Below, piece by piece: positions 63,827 through 64,000 of a stretch of DNA of 64,000 nucleotides; the stretch's first letter is position 1; each line of letters opens with the position of its first letter. The notes beneath the pieces were generated by a model, which made no database searches, was not told the DNA's origin, and was given only the letters and a program-made list of their open reading frames with translations. Source of the stretch: a bacterium (lineage in GTDB: Bacteria > UBA8248). Made by a program: the position numbers and the translations under genes. The stretch lies in assembly GCA_965200245.1 (NCBI GenBank), contig CBDATS010000004.1:128001-192000 (forward strand). The letters are read 5' to 3'.

Positions 63827-64000
63827 ATGGCTGGACCACTCGAAGGAATCCGGGTTGTAGACCTTACGCGCATTCTCGCGGGCCCTTATTGCACCATGAT
63901 GCTGGGTGACATGGGCGCGGAAATCATCAAGATCGAAAACCCTGACGGCGGAGACGACACGCGCGGCTGGGGCCCACCCTTTTTGAACGGGGTGAGCACA
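63827..64000 (+). CDS. CaiB/BaiF (family III) CoA-transferase, N-terminal part (runs off window)
   Basis: [52 protein letters not shown]; GAGGAG RBS. Confidence 0.93.
   Translation, partial: MAGPLEGIRVVDLTRILAGPYCTMMLGDMGAEIIKIENPDGGDDTRGWGPPFLNGVST

Overview
Bacterial chromosomal window, GC-rich in coding regions, with no rRNA or CRISPR array seen. It is mostly housekeeping and catabolic genes: thiE-thiL, an orphan xanthine-dehydrogenase-family Mo subunit, gpsA, a DtxR/MntR regulator, a TonB/TolA-like protein, groES-groEL with a CIRCE element, lpdA, a class II (B12) ribonucleotide reductase nrdJ with NrdR/DnaA-like boxes, two convergent tRNA-Ala genes, rmuC, an EstA-type autotransporter, the yceD-rpmF-plsX-fabH-fabD-acpP-fabF-rnc-smc-ftsY cluster (fabG missing), cinA, hpt, and a cluster of enolase-superfamily enzyme, HMG-CoA-lyase-like enzyme, Na+-translocating acyl-CoA decarboxylase and CoA-transferase. 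Several decayed gene remnants are present. The most unusual signals are non-coding: (1) three tandem ~106-nt two-hairpin units after nrdJ (23638-23929) with a near-invariant 12-nt loop on covarying stems; (2) a ~285-nt multi-hairpin element with a closing stem (57913-58197) just before the catabolic/Na+-pump cluster; (3) a 136-bp near-perfect inverted repeat starting in the 3' ends of two different tRNA-Ala genes and enclosing an integrase remnant (24051-24757). All calls come from reading sequence and motifs by eye; no searches or folding programs were run.
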